A stretch of 64,000 bases of DNA, from the NCBI RefSeq assembly GCF_964355755.1, contig NC_092677.1, forward strand, positions 7,400,101-7,464,100, written 5' to 3'. The first letter of the stretch is position 1. Each line of letters starts with the position of its first letter. This DNA is from Antedon mediterranea (taxonomy: Eukaryota > Animalia > Echinodermata). The translations under genes and the position numbers were made by a program. The notes beneath the pieces were generated by a model. The model ran no database searches and had not been told where the DNA came from. It worked only from the letters and a program-made list of their open reading frames with translations. This document shows, one piece after another, positions 52,376-64,000 of the stretch.

Positions 52376-53518
52376 ATTCGTGTGACATATTTGTGTGTAT
52401 ATTAGTATGCACAGAGTAGGCTACACTAACCCCAAAAATTAAAACAGAAATTTATCACAATGAGCGCGATGTTAAGTTACGGCGGCCGATCAAAGAGCAT
52501 CGTGAGAGGCGGTGACGCGTGATGATCTCTACTTAAACTTCTAAAAATAGATCGTTTCACATACTACAGAAGGGCGCATGTAAACTTTTTACGATTCAAC
52601 TCCGCGTACGTTAGCATGCGCGCTATGTCATTGACGCGATTATTTGTCCATTGGTAAACACATTTTCATGTATTATTATTCTGAAAATAATTGAACTGTA
52701 AACATAATTCTTTTGAGTATTTGTTTATTTACATATCATTCAACTACTTTTTATTTCCATTACATCCAACCAAACATGTAAAAAATGTAGTTAAAATATC
52801 GTACTATCTAGCGCGTACGACCATACGCGGTAGATTGTTTACTAAAAAATCATCGAACGGTCCTTACACTATTCAACCTTGTTTTTGTAGTTGAGCCTCT
52901 CATGACCTGGGATTTGTTTGTCTTCCTACGCCAAGATAATATAGTTCTACAAGCCATGTGCTTTTTTCTCTGAGAAATATTTATAAGTGCCAAAAAAATG
53001 TTTTTTTTCTCGATATGAAGCCTTTATTATTCAAATCTTTTAAAGAAAAATCACACATACCATAAAGAAGGTTCATTTATTTCATTTTTGAAACAATATT
53101 TGTGAAAATTACGTGAGGCTCAACTACAAAACCACCATTTTGTGATATGATGTCATCGTAAGCCAATCAAAGCTGAGCTCCCCCCCCCCCGCGATCGGCA
53201 GAGCTCACGGTTGAATGATTTTGGATTCTGGCTATTTGATTGGTGGACGCGAATCACCCACAGTGTGGAATGTTTTCTCTCGCGCGTACCAAGAAGTCAC
53301 GTGATCTCCTGTACTGTGAACGGTACTACACAAATTTAGAGCAATGAATTTGTACGAATTCCGTTAAACAAACTACTCTATATATTTTATAAACATTTAA
53401 TAACATATTTTATTGATATTTCCAATGTTAATATATAAAAGAAATTACTATAAAACGTAATTATATGTAATTATTTTAGCGAAAAATGGCGCAATTTGTT
53501 TACAACGTTCGTGGCTAT

Positions 53519-53690
53519 AAAGCGTGGTTCCCACTAGCGACGCAACACAGTGAAGTGAATTGACCAATCACAAGCGATGGCTTTATTCGCTTGTGATTGC
53601 TAACTGTATATAACTTCGCTTGTCATTGGTTAAAACGCTTGCGTTGCGTTTACGTCCTTGCGTTACGTTCTAGTGGGAACCAAAGCTTTA
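53519..53690. mobile_element. MITE, same family as 10701-10881, opposite orientation
   Basis: AAGCGTGGTTCCCACTAG ... CTAGTGGGAACCAAAGCTT, with internal sequence reverse-complementary to 10701-10881. Confidence 0.8.
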
Positions 53691-53834
53691 ACGATCATTT
53701 TCGGCAATGTTTTAGACCCTATATTTCGAAAACTACAAGTCAGATTTTCGTAATTCTTTCTTTATTGGAATATTGAAACAAAATACCAACAGATAATGTT
53801 TAAATTGGTTGAAAAACAACATGTTATTTTTTAA

Positions 53835-56800
53835 AAATCGTAATTGAGTTACACTCATTTTTTAAAGATGAGGGCTGAGTAAACCGGACGAGTGGTCCTA
53901 CTCTAACTTATACTGGACGACTAAGGAGGTACCCTAGTATAATCCCACCAAGTGACTCTCAGGAACAATCCGCCATTTTCTCACAAATACAGTATCAATT
54001 TTCACTATATTTTAAAATATTAACCGTAATTGAGTTAAACTCAAATTTTAAAGATGAGGGCTGAGTAAACCGGACCAGTGGTCCTACTCTAACCTATACT
54101 GGACGACTAAGGAGGCACCCTAGTATAATCCCACCAACTGATTCTCAGGAACAATCCGCCATTTTCTCACAAATACAGTATAAAATTTCACTATATTTTA
54201 AAATATTAATCGTAATTGAGTTAAACTCAAATTTTAAAGATGAGGGCTGATTAAACTGGACCAGTGGTCCTACTCGAACCTATACTGGACGACTAAGGAG
54301 GTACCCTAGTATAATCCCACCAACTGATTCTCAGGAACAATCCGCCATTTTCTCACAAATACAGTATCAAATTTCACTATATTTTAAAATATTAATCGTA
54401 ATTGAGTTACACTCATATTTTAAAGATAAGGGCTGAGTAAACCGGACCAGTGGTCCTACTTTAACTTATACTGGATGACTAAGGAGGTACCCTAGTATAA
54501 TCCCACCAAGTGACTCTCAGGAACAATCCGCCGTTTTCTCACAAATATAGTTTCAAATTTTACTATATTTTAAAATCGTAATTGAGTTACATTCATATTT
54601 TAAAGATGAGGGCTGAGAGTAAACCGGACCAGTGGTCCTACTCTAACTTATACTGGCCGACTATAAGGAGGTACTCTAGTATAATCCCACTAAGTGACTC
54701 TCAGGAACAATCCGCTGTTTTCTCACAAATACAGTATCAAATTTCACTATATTTTAGAATATTAGTCGTAATTGTGTTACCCTCAAATTTTAAAAATGAG
54801 GTCTGAGTAAACGGGACCAATGGTCCTACTCTAACTTATATTGGACGACTAAGGAGGTATACTAGTATAGTCCCACCAAGTGACTCTCAGGAACAATCCG
54901 CCATTTTCTCACAAATATAGTTTCAAATTTAACTATTTAAAAAAAATCGTAATTGAGTTACACTCATTTTTTAAAGATGAGGGCTGAGTAAACCGGACCA
55001 GTGGTCCTACTCTAACTTATACTGGACGACTAAGGAGGTACCCTAGTATAATCCCACCAAGTGACTCTCAGGAACAATCCGCCGTTTTCTCACAAATACA
55101 GTATCAAATATTATCTCTATATTTTAAAATATTTATCGTAAGTGAGTTAAACTCAAATTTAAAAGATGAGGGCTGAGTAAACGGAACCAGTGGTCACCCT
55201 CTAACTTATATTGAACGACTAAGGAGGTATCCTAGTATAATCTCACCAAGTGACTCTCAGGAACAATCCGCCATTTTCTCACAAATACAGTATGAAATTT
55301 CACTATATTTTAAAATATTAATCGTAATTGAGTTACACTCAAATTTTAAAGATGAGGGCTGAGTAAACTGGACCAGTGGCATAATCTAACTTATACTGGA
55401 CGAATAATGGGCTACCCTAGTATAATCCCACCAAGTGACTTTCAGGAACAATCAGCCGTTTTCTCACTAATAGGTATAAATTTTCACTATTTAAAAAAAA
55501 TCGTAATTGAGTTACCATCAAACTTAAAAGATGAGGGCTGAGTAAACGGGACCAGTGGTCCTACTCTAACTTATACTGGACGACTAAGGAGGTAACCTAG
55601 TATAATCCCACCAAGTGACTCCCAGGAACAATCCGCCATTTTCTCACAAATACAGTATCAAATTTTACTATATTTTAAAATCGTATTGAGTGACACTCAT
55701 ATTTTAAAGATGAGGGCTGAGTAAACCGGACCAGTGGTCCTACTCTAACTTATACTGGACGACTAAGAAGGTACCCTAGTATAATCCCACCAAGTGACTC
55801 TCAGGAACAATCCACCATTTTCTCACAAATACGGTATCAAATTTCACTATATTTTAAAATCGTAATTGAGTTACACACTCATATTTTAAAGATGAGGGCT
55901 GAGTAAACCGGACCAGTGGTCCTACTCTAACTTATACTAGACGACTAAGGAGGAGGTACCCTATTATAATCCAACCAAGTGACTCTCAGGAACAATCCGC
56001 CATTTCCTCACAAATACAGTATCAATTATTTTCACTATATTTTTAAAATATTAATCGTAAGTGAGTTAAACTCAGATTTTAAAGATTAGGGCTGAGTAAA
56101 CCGGACCAGTGGTCCTACTCTAACCTATACTGGACGACTAAGGAGGTACCCTAGTATAATCCCACCAAGTGATTCTCAGGAACAATCCGCCATTTTCTGA
56201 CAAATACAGTATCAAATTTCACTATATTTTAAAATCGTAATTGAGTTACACTCATATTTTAAAGATGAGGGCTGAGTAAACCGGACCAGTGGTCCTACTC
56301 TAACTTATACTGGATGACTCAGGAGGTACCCTAGTATAATCCCACCAAGTGACTCTCAGGAACAATCCGCCATTTTCTCACAAATACAGTTTATAATTTC
56401 ACTTTTTTTTTTAAATCGTAATTGAGTTACCCTCAAACTTAAAATATGAGAGCTGAGTAAACTGGACCAGTGGTCTTACTCTAACTTATACTGGACGACT
56501 AAGGAGGTACCCTAGTATAGTCCCACCAATTGACTCCCAGGAACAATCCGCCATTTTCTCACAAATATAGTTTCAAATTTCACTATATTTTAAAATCGTA
56601 ATTGAGTTACATTCATATTTTAAAGATGAGGGCTGAGAGTAAACCGGACCAGTGGTCCTACTCTAACTTATACTGGCCGACTATAAGGAGGTACTCTAGT
56701 ATAATCCCACCAAGTGACTCCCAGGAACAATCCGCTGTTTTCTCACAAACAGTATCAAATTTCACTATATTTTAAAATATTAGTCGTAATTGTGTTACCC

Positions 56801-59800
56801 TCAAATTTTAAAAATGAGGTCTGAGTAAACGGGACCAATGGTCCTACTCTAACTTATACTGGACGACTTAAGAGGTACCCTAATACAATCCCACCAAGTG
56901 AATCCCAGGAACAATCCGCCATTTTCTCACAAATGCAGTATCAAATTTCACTATACAGTATTTTAAAATCGTAATTGAGTTACACTCAAATTTTAAAGAT
57001 CATGGCTGAGTAAACCGGACCAGTGGCCCTACTCTAACTTATACTGGACGACTAAGGATGTACCCTAGTATAATCCCACCAAGTGATTCCCAGGAACAAT
57101 CCTCCATTTTCTCACAAATACAGTATCAAATTTCACTATTTTTAAAAATATTAATCGTAAGTGAGTTAAACTCACATTCAAAAGAGGAGGGCTGAGTAAA
57201 CGGGGCCAGTGGTCACACTCTAACTTATAGTGGACGACTATGGATGTATCCTAGTATAATCCCACTAAGTAACTCTCAGGAACAATCCGCCATTTTCTCA
57301 CAAATATAATATCAAATTTCACTATATTTTAAAGTCGTAATTGAGTTAAACTCAAATTTTAAAGATGAGGGCTGAGTAAACCGGACCAGTGGTCCTACTC
57401 TAACCTATACTGGACGACTAAGGAGGTACCCTAGTATAATCCCACCAACTGATTCTCAGGAACAATCCGCCATTTTCTCACAAATACAGTATCAAATTTC
57501 ACTATATTTTAAAATATTAATCGTAATTGAGTTAAACTCAAATTTTAAAGATGAGGGCTGATTAAACTGGACCAGTGGTCCTACTCGAACCTATACTGGA
57601 CGACTAAGGAGGTACCCTAGTATAATCCCACCAACTGATTCTCAGGAACAATCCGCCATTTTCTCACAAATACAGTATCAAATTTCACTATATTTTAAAA
57701 TATTAATCGTAATTGAGTTACACTCATATTTTAAAGATGAGGGCTGAGTAAACCAGACCAGTGGTCCTACTTTAACTTATACTGGATGACTAAGGAGGTA
57801 CCCTAGTATAATCCCACCAAGTGACTCTCAGGAACAATCCGCCGTTTTCTCACAAATATAGTTTCAAATTTTACTATATTTTAAAATCGTAATTGAGTTA
57901 CATTCATATTTTAAAGATGAGGGCTGAGAGTAAACCGGACCAGTGGTCCTACTCTAACTTATACTGGCCGACTATAAGGAGGTACTCTAGTATAATCCCA
58001 CTAAGTGACTCTCAGGAACAATCCGCTGTTTTCTCACAAATACAGTATCAAATTTCACTATATTTTAGAATATTAGTCGTAATTGTGTTACCCTCAAATT
58101 TTAAAAATGAGGTCTGAGTAAACGGGACCAATGGTCCTACTCTAACTTATATTGGACGACTAAGGAGGTATACTAGTATAGTCCCACCAAGTGACTCTCA
58201 GGAAAAATCCGCCATTTTCTCACAAATATAGTTTCAAATTTCACTATTTTTTAAAAATCGTAATTGAGTTACACTCATTTTTTAAAGATGAGGGCTGAGT
58301 AAACCGGACCAGTGGTCCTACTCTAACTTATACTGGACGACTAAGGAGGTACCCTAGTATAATCCCACCAAGTGACTCTCAGGAACAATCCGCCGTTTTC
58401 TCACAAATACAGTATCAAATATTATCTCTATATTTTAAAATATTTATCGTAAGTGAGTTAAACTCAAATTTAAAAGATGAGGGCTGAGTAAACGGGACCA
58501 GTGGTCACCCTCTAACTTATATTGAACGACTAAGGAGGTATCCTAGTATAATCTCACCAAGTGACTCTCAGGAACAATCCGCCATTTTCTCACAAATACA
58601 GTATGAAATTTCACTATATTTTAAAATATTAATCGTAATTGAGTTACACTCAAATTTTAAAGATGAGGGCTGAGTAAACTGGACCAGTGGTCCTAATCTA
58701 ACTTATACTGGACGACTAATGGGCTACCCTAGTATAATCCCAACAAGTGACTTTCAGGAACAATCAGCCGTTTTCTCACTAATAGGTATAAATTTTCACT
58801 ATTTAAAAAAAATCGTAATTGAGTTACCATCAAACTTAAAAGATGAGGGCTGAGTAAACGGGACCAGTGGTCCTACTCTAACTTATACTGGACGACTAAG
58901 GAGGTACTCTAGTATAATCCCACCAAGTGACTCCCAGGAACAATCCGCCATTTTCTCACAAATACAGTATCAAATTTTACTATATTTTAAAATCGTATTG
59001 AGTGACACTCATATTTTAAAGATGAGGGCTGAGTAAACCGGACCAGTGGTCCTACTCTAACTTATACTGGACGACTAAGAAGGTACTCTAGTATAATCCC
59101 ACCAAGTGACTCTCAGGAACAATCCACCATTTTCTCACAAATACGGTATCAAATTTCACTATATTTTAAAATCGTAATTGAGTTACACACTCATATTTTA
59201 AAGATGAGGGCTGAGTAAACCAGACCAGTGGTCCTACTCTAACTTATACTAGACGACTAAGGAGGAGGTACCCTATTATAATCCAACCAAGTAACTCTCA
59301 GGAACAATCCGCCATTTCCTCACAAATACAGTATCAATTATTTTCACTATATTTTAAAATATTAATCGTAAGTGAGTTAAACTCAGATTTTAAAGATTAG
59401 GGCTGAGTAAACGGGACCAGTGGTCCTACTCTAACTTATACTGGACGACTAAGGAGGTAACCTAGTATAATCCCACCAAGTGACTCCCAGGAACAATCCG
59501 CCATTTTCTGACAAATACAGTATCAAATTTCACTATATTTTAAAATCGTAATTGAGTTACACTCATATTTTAAAGATGAGGGCTGAGTAAACCGGACCAG
59601 TGGTCCTACTCTAACTTTTACTGGATGACTCAGGAGGTACCCTAGTATAATCCCACCAAGTGACTCTCAGGAACAATCCGCCATTTTCTCACAAATACAG
59701 TTTATAATCTCACTTTTTTTTTAAATCGTAATTGAGTTACCCTCAAACTTAAAATATGAGAGCTGAGTAAACTGGACCAGTGGTCTTACTCTAACTTATA

Positions 59801-62002
59801 CTGGACGACTAAGAAGGTACCCTAGTATAGTCCCACCAATTGACTCCCAGGAACAATCCGCCATTTTCTCACAAATATAGTTTCAAATTTCACTATATTT
59901 TAAAATCGTAATTGAGTTACATTCATATTTTAAAGATGAGGGCTGAGAGTAAACCGGACCAGTGGTCCTACTCTAACTTATACTGGCCGACTATAAGGAG
60001 GTACTCTAGTATAATCCCACTAAGTGACTCTCAGGAACAATCCGCTGTTTTCTCACAAATACAGTATCAAATTTCACTATATTTTAAAATATTAGTCGTA
60101 ATTGTGTTACCCTCAAATTTTAAAAATGAGGTCTGAGTAAACGGGACCAATGGTCCTACTCTAACTTATACTGGACGACTTAAGAGGTACCCTAATACAA
60201 TACCACCAAGTGAATCCCAGGAACAATCCGCCATTTTCTCACAAATGCAGTATTAAATTTCACTATACAGTATTTTAAAATCGTAATTGAGTTACACTCA
60301 AATTTTAAGGATCATGGCTGAGTAAACCGGACCAGTGGCCCTACTCTAACTTATACTGGACGACTAAGGATGTACCCTAGTATAATCCCACCAAGTGATT
60401 CCCAGGAACAATCCTCCATTTTCTCACAAATACAGTATCAAATTTCACTATTTAAAAAAATATTAATCGTAAGTGAGTTAAACTCACATTCAAAAGATAA
60501 GGGCTGAGTTAACGGGGCCAGTGGTCACACTCTAACTTATAGTGGACGACTATGGATGTATCCTAGTATAATCCCACCAAGTAACTCTCAGGAACAATCC
60601 GCCATTTTCTTACAAATATAATATCAAATTTCACTATATTTTAAAGTCGTAATTGAGTTACACTCAAATTTTAAAGATGACGGCTGAGTAAACAGGACCA
60701 GTGGTCCTACTCTAACTTATACTGGACGACTAAGGAGGTATCTTTATCCCACCAAGTGACTACCAGGAACAATCCGCCATTATCTCACAAATACAGTATC
60801 AAATTTCACTATATTTTATAATCGTAATCGAGTTACACTCAATTTAAAAGATGAGGGCTGAGTAAACGGGGCCAGTGGTCACACTCTAACTTATAGTGGA
60901 CGACTATGGATGTATCCTAGTATAATCCCACCAAGTAACTCTCAGGAACAATCCGCCATTTTCTCACAAATATAATATCAAATTTCACTATATTTTAAAG
61001 TCGTAATTGAGTTACACTCAAATTTTAAAGATGAGGGCTGAGTAAACCGGACCAGTGGTCCTACTCTAACTTATACTGAACGACTAAGGAGGTATCTTAG
61101 TATTATCCCACCAAGTGACTACCAGGAACAATGAGTCCGCCATTATCTCACAAATACAGTATCAAATTTCACTATATTTTATAATCGTAATCGAGTTACA
61201 CTCAAATTTTAAGGATCATGGCTGAGTAAACCGGACCAGTGGCCCTACTCTAACTTATACTGGACGACTAAGGATGTACCCTAGTATAATCCCACCAAGT
61301 GATTCCAGGAACAATCATCCATTTTCTCACAAATACAGTATCAAATTTCACTATTTTAAAAAATATTAATCGTAAGTGAGTTAAACTCACATTCAAAAGA
61401 TGAGGGCTGAGTAAACGGGGCCAGTGGTCACACTCTAACTTATAGTGGACGACTATGGATGTATCCTAGTATAATCCCACCAAGTAACTCTCAGGAACAA
61501 TCCGCCATTTTCTCACAAATATAATATCAAATTTCACTATATTTTAAAGTCGTAATTGAGTTACACTCAAATTTTAAAGATGAGGGCTGAGTAAACTGGA
61601 CCAGTGGTCCTACTCTAACTTATACTGGACGACTTAGGAGGTATCTTTATCCCACCAAGTGACTACCAGGAACAATCCGCCATTATCTCACAAATACAGT
61701 ATCAAATTTCACTATATTTTATAATCGTAATCGAGTTACACTCAATTTAAAAGATGAGGGCTGAGTAAACGGGGCCAGTGGTCACACTCTAACTTATAGT
61801 GGACGACTATGGATGTATCCTAGTATAATCCCACCAAGTAACTCTCAGGAACAATCCGCCATTTTCTCACAAATATAATATCAAATTTCACTATATTTTA
61901 AAGTCGTAATTGAGTTACACTCAAATTTTAAAAATGAGGGCTGAGTAAACAGGACCAGTGGTCCTACTCTAACTTATACTGAACGACTAAGGAGGTATCT
62001 TA
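53835..62002. repeat. Satellite array, ~45 monomers of ~180/186 bp with higher-order repeats
   Basis: The CTGAGTAAA anchor recurs every ~174-193 bp from 53875 to 61941. Diagnostic variant monomers recur at 3311 bp (18-mer) and 903 bp (5-mer) spacing. Confidence 0.97.
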
Positions 62003-62675
62003 CGCCCGTATTCTTAAACCGGACTTTAGTCGTAGTTCGAAGTTCGACTTGGAAAAGTCGTAGTTCGAGCTATTACTTCAAATTCGATTAAAAAACGAAG
62101 TAGTCGAAGTTTGCAGTTCGACTTAATGAAGTCGAGCTTTTAGTCGAGTTGCACACGTCTGGGTAACAAAGGCTATACATTGGCCAATGACAAGAGAGTA
62201 TTTGAGGAGCAGACGAAATTTTGCGCATTGATATCACTTTCCATTTCTTACAACACTTTTTACGCATCAGGACTATATACATGAAAAATAATTTTAATCG
62301 TTAATTATTAGAACAATATCAGTATTAATTTAACAGTGAAGTATATTTGATTAACAAAAAATAAAATCTTAAAAATATATTTAGGAACCATGGCGGTACG
62401 GTAACTTTTATATTTTCTAGGCCCCCAACAAAGTATGATCGCCACGAACCACGCACTTCATAGCGTGACAAGAAAGCGCTAGGCCCCCTAAACATTCCAT
62501 CGCGTGGTGAAAAAAGTGGGCTGGCTTATTGTTGGCTGGCTTGACACAAGCGTAAGCCGCCCGTATTCTTAAACCGGACTTTAGTCGTAGTTCGAGCTAA
62601 AACTTTAAAAATGACGTCATTTTAATTCATAAACCGAACTTCAACTAAATCGCCGACTAATTCAGGCCAACCTCG
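62003..62675. mobile_element. Left part of a probable DNA transposon/MITE (Harbinger-like) inserted at TTA in the satellite
   Basis: The last monomer is cut after GGTATCTTA. New sequence CGCCCGTATTCTTAAACCGGACTTTAGTCGTAGTTCGA starts at 62003 and recurs at 62558, with many GTAGTTCGA/TCGACT sub-repeats. The other end is not in the window. Confidence 0.5.
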
Positions 62676-63132
62676 TGTCACGAACTCCTCTTACGTATGT
62701 TTCCGAGCGGTTGAAAATACTTTAGGAACTCCCTTGTGACATAAAAGTATACACACAAAATCCACAAAGTTGTAAAATAACTCAAAAACAAAGCTTTAAT
62801 TTCAATCAACTTCAACTTTCAACAATCCAGTAAGCACTTTAAACAACAGCTTCACAATGACTTTACAATATAACATCCAACCTCTAATCCAACCTCTAAT
62901 CCAACAACCTTACAATAGTTTACAACCCTTTATATACAAGATGCTCCTATCCTTCTAGATCATTCTTTATACTTCTCATTATTACATGATTACAGTTTCT
63001 ATTAATAGCACTTCTGGAATGTTCTTGATTGTTCTTATTAATTATACATGGTTTAAATCAAAACATCTTATTCTAGAATGATCATGTAAATACTATGTTA
63101 CTCTATATGTTAGGGAATGGTAATTTATTACA
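62676..63132 (-). mobile_element. 3' LTR of a Ty3/gypsy retrotransposon
   Basis: Minus strand TGTAATAA...CGTGACA (TG...CA, 457 bp), immediately preceded by the polypurine tract GAAAGAGGGGGGAG (63133-63146). Contains TATATAAA and ATTAAA signals. Confidence 0.85.
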
Positions 63133-63359
63133 CTCCCCCCTCTTTCTGAGCTCAAAACTCTTTCTTGGAGTTTTGAGGGGCAAGTATACACGGACGTGGC
63201 AAAATATAACATTTCCGACCTAGAAACCCTGTTTAATATATGAATATAAATTCAAACTACATTACGTGAAAACTAAATTCTCATTAAAACAAAATGTAAG
63301 AAACAAGTAACTTATAAACATGAAAACCTATTTTGTCTATTTGTAAAGTAACCCTTGCT

Positions 63360-64000
63360 TTAAGTTAATGGTTTTCGTGACAATCCGTCAGCATTACCAT
63401 TAGAAATACCCCTTCTATGTACAACAGTAAAGCAATAAGGTTGTAAATCAAGACTCCATCTAGTTAGTCTTTTGTTTGTCTCTTTCATTTCAACCAACCA
63501 TTTGAGTGGTTGATGGTCAGTAACTATCTTAAATTTTCTGCCTAGTAGATAATATCGCAGACTTTCGACAGCCCATTTTATAGCTAAACACTCTTTCTCT
63601 ATAGTTGCATAATTCTGTTCCCTTGGGAACATCTTACGACTAAGATACAATACTGGATGGTCAGTACCATCAGGACCTAGTTGACTAAGTACTGCACCTA
63701 ACCCTCGATCTGACGCATCTGTTTGCAGTATAAACTCTGCATTAAAATCTGGGTTTCGTAACACAGGGTCTGAACATAACGCCTGTTTTAACTTTACAAG
63801 TGCATCTTCACACTCAGGCGTCCATTTGATTTTATCTGGATGTTTTTTCCCCGTCAGATCAGTTAGAGGTGCTGCAATGTCAGCATAATTAGGAATAAAC
63901 TTTCGGTAGTATCCTGTCAGGCCAAGAAAAGATTTAACATCCTTCTTAGTTTTAGGTTTTTCCCATTGTACTACCGCTTCTACCTTAGTCTTTTGAGGAC
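63360..64000 (-). CDS. Ty3/gypsy pol C-terminus (RT thumb/connection + RNase H), open to the window edge
   Basis: PKTKKDVKSFLGLTGYYRKFIPNYADIAAPLTDLT...FILQTDASDRGLGAVLSQ...NYATIEKECLAIKWAV...TDHQPLKWL...NADGLSRKPLT*, with no internal stops. Confidence 0.93.
   Translation of the reverse strand, partial: PQKTKVEAVVQWEKPKTKKDVKSFLGLTGYYRKFIPNYADIAAPLTDLTGKKHPDKIKWTPECEDALVKLKQALCSDPVLRNPDFNAEFILQTDASDRGLGAVLSQLGPDGTDHPVLYLSRKMFPREQNYATIEKECLAIKWAVESLRYYLLGRKFKIVTDHQPLKWLVEMKETNKRLTRWSLDLQPYCFTVVHRRGISNGNADGLSRKPLT

Noticed and set aside
1-53000. Numerous 60-125 aa ORFs in the supplied track
   Set aside because: They are AT-rich intronic or intergenic frames, antisense shadows of real exons, or exons extended into introns, with no independent protein motifs.
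54582-60136. Three near-identical 74 aa ORFs (54582, 57893, 59912)
   Set aside because: Chance open frames with TTG starts in a variant satellite monomer, copied by the higher-order repeat.
53835-62002. CRISPR array or ribozyme-bearing satellite
   Set aside because: Whole monomers repeat with no unique spacers, there are no cas genes and the context is eukaryotic. I found no CTGANGA...GAAA hammerhead core on either strand of the monomer.

Overview
AT-rich, intron-dense eukaryotic genomic DNA, most likely from a marine invertebrate (echinoderm-like; this taxon call is inference). Six protein-coding genes can be assembled by hand from splice sites. They are: the 5' part of an RBL1/RBL2 pocket-protein gene (-); EXOC2/Sec5 (-) head-to-head with IMPACT (+); a 3-exon class A GPCR (+) whose first intron holds an antisense sulfotransferase-like gene with an uninterrupted CDS; and PCIF1/CAPAM (-). 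The right end carries an ~8.2 kb satellite of 180/186 bp monomers with higher-order repeats, interrupted by a probable DNA element into which an LTR retrotransposon has inserted. Most notable observations: (1) the PCIF1 catalytic NPPF motif reads FPPP in an otherwise intact gene, a candidate pseudo-methyltransferase; (2) the LTR element's pol ends after RNase H with no downstream integrase (Gmr1-like order); (3) Penelope-type remnants with hammerhead ribozyme cores and a tRNA-Asp(ATC)-like element cluster at (TA)n tracts; (4) CTAG-rich tracts flank the EXOC2/IMPACT bidirectional promoter. All calls are from manual reading; no database searches were run.
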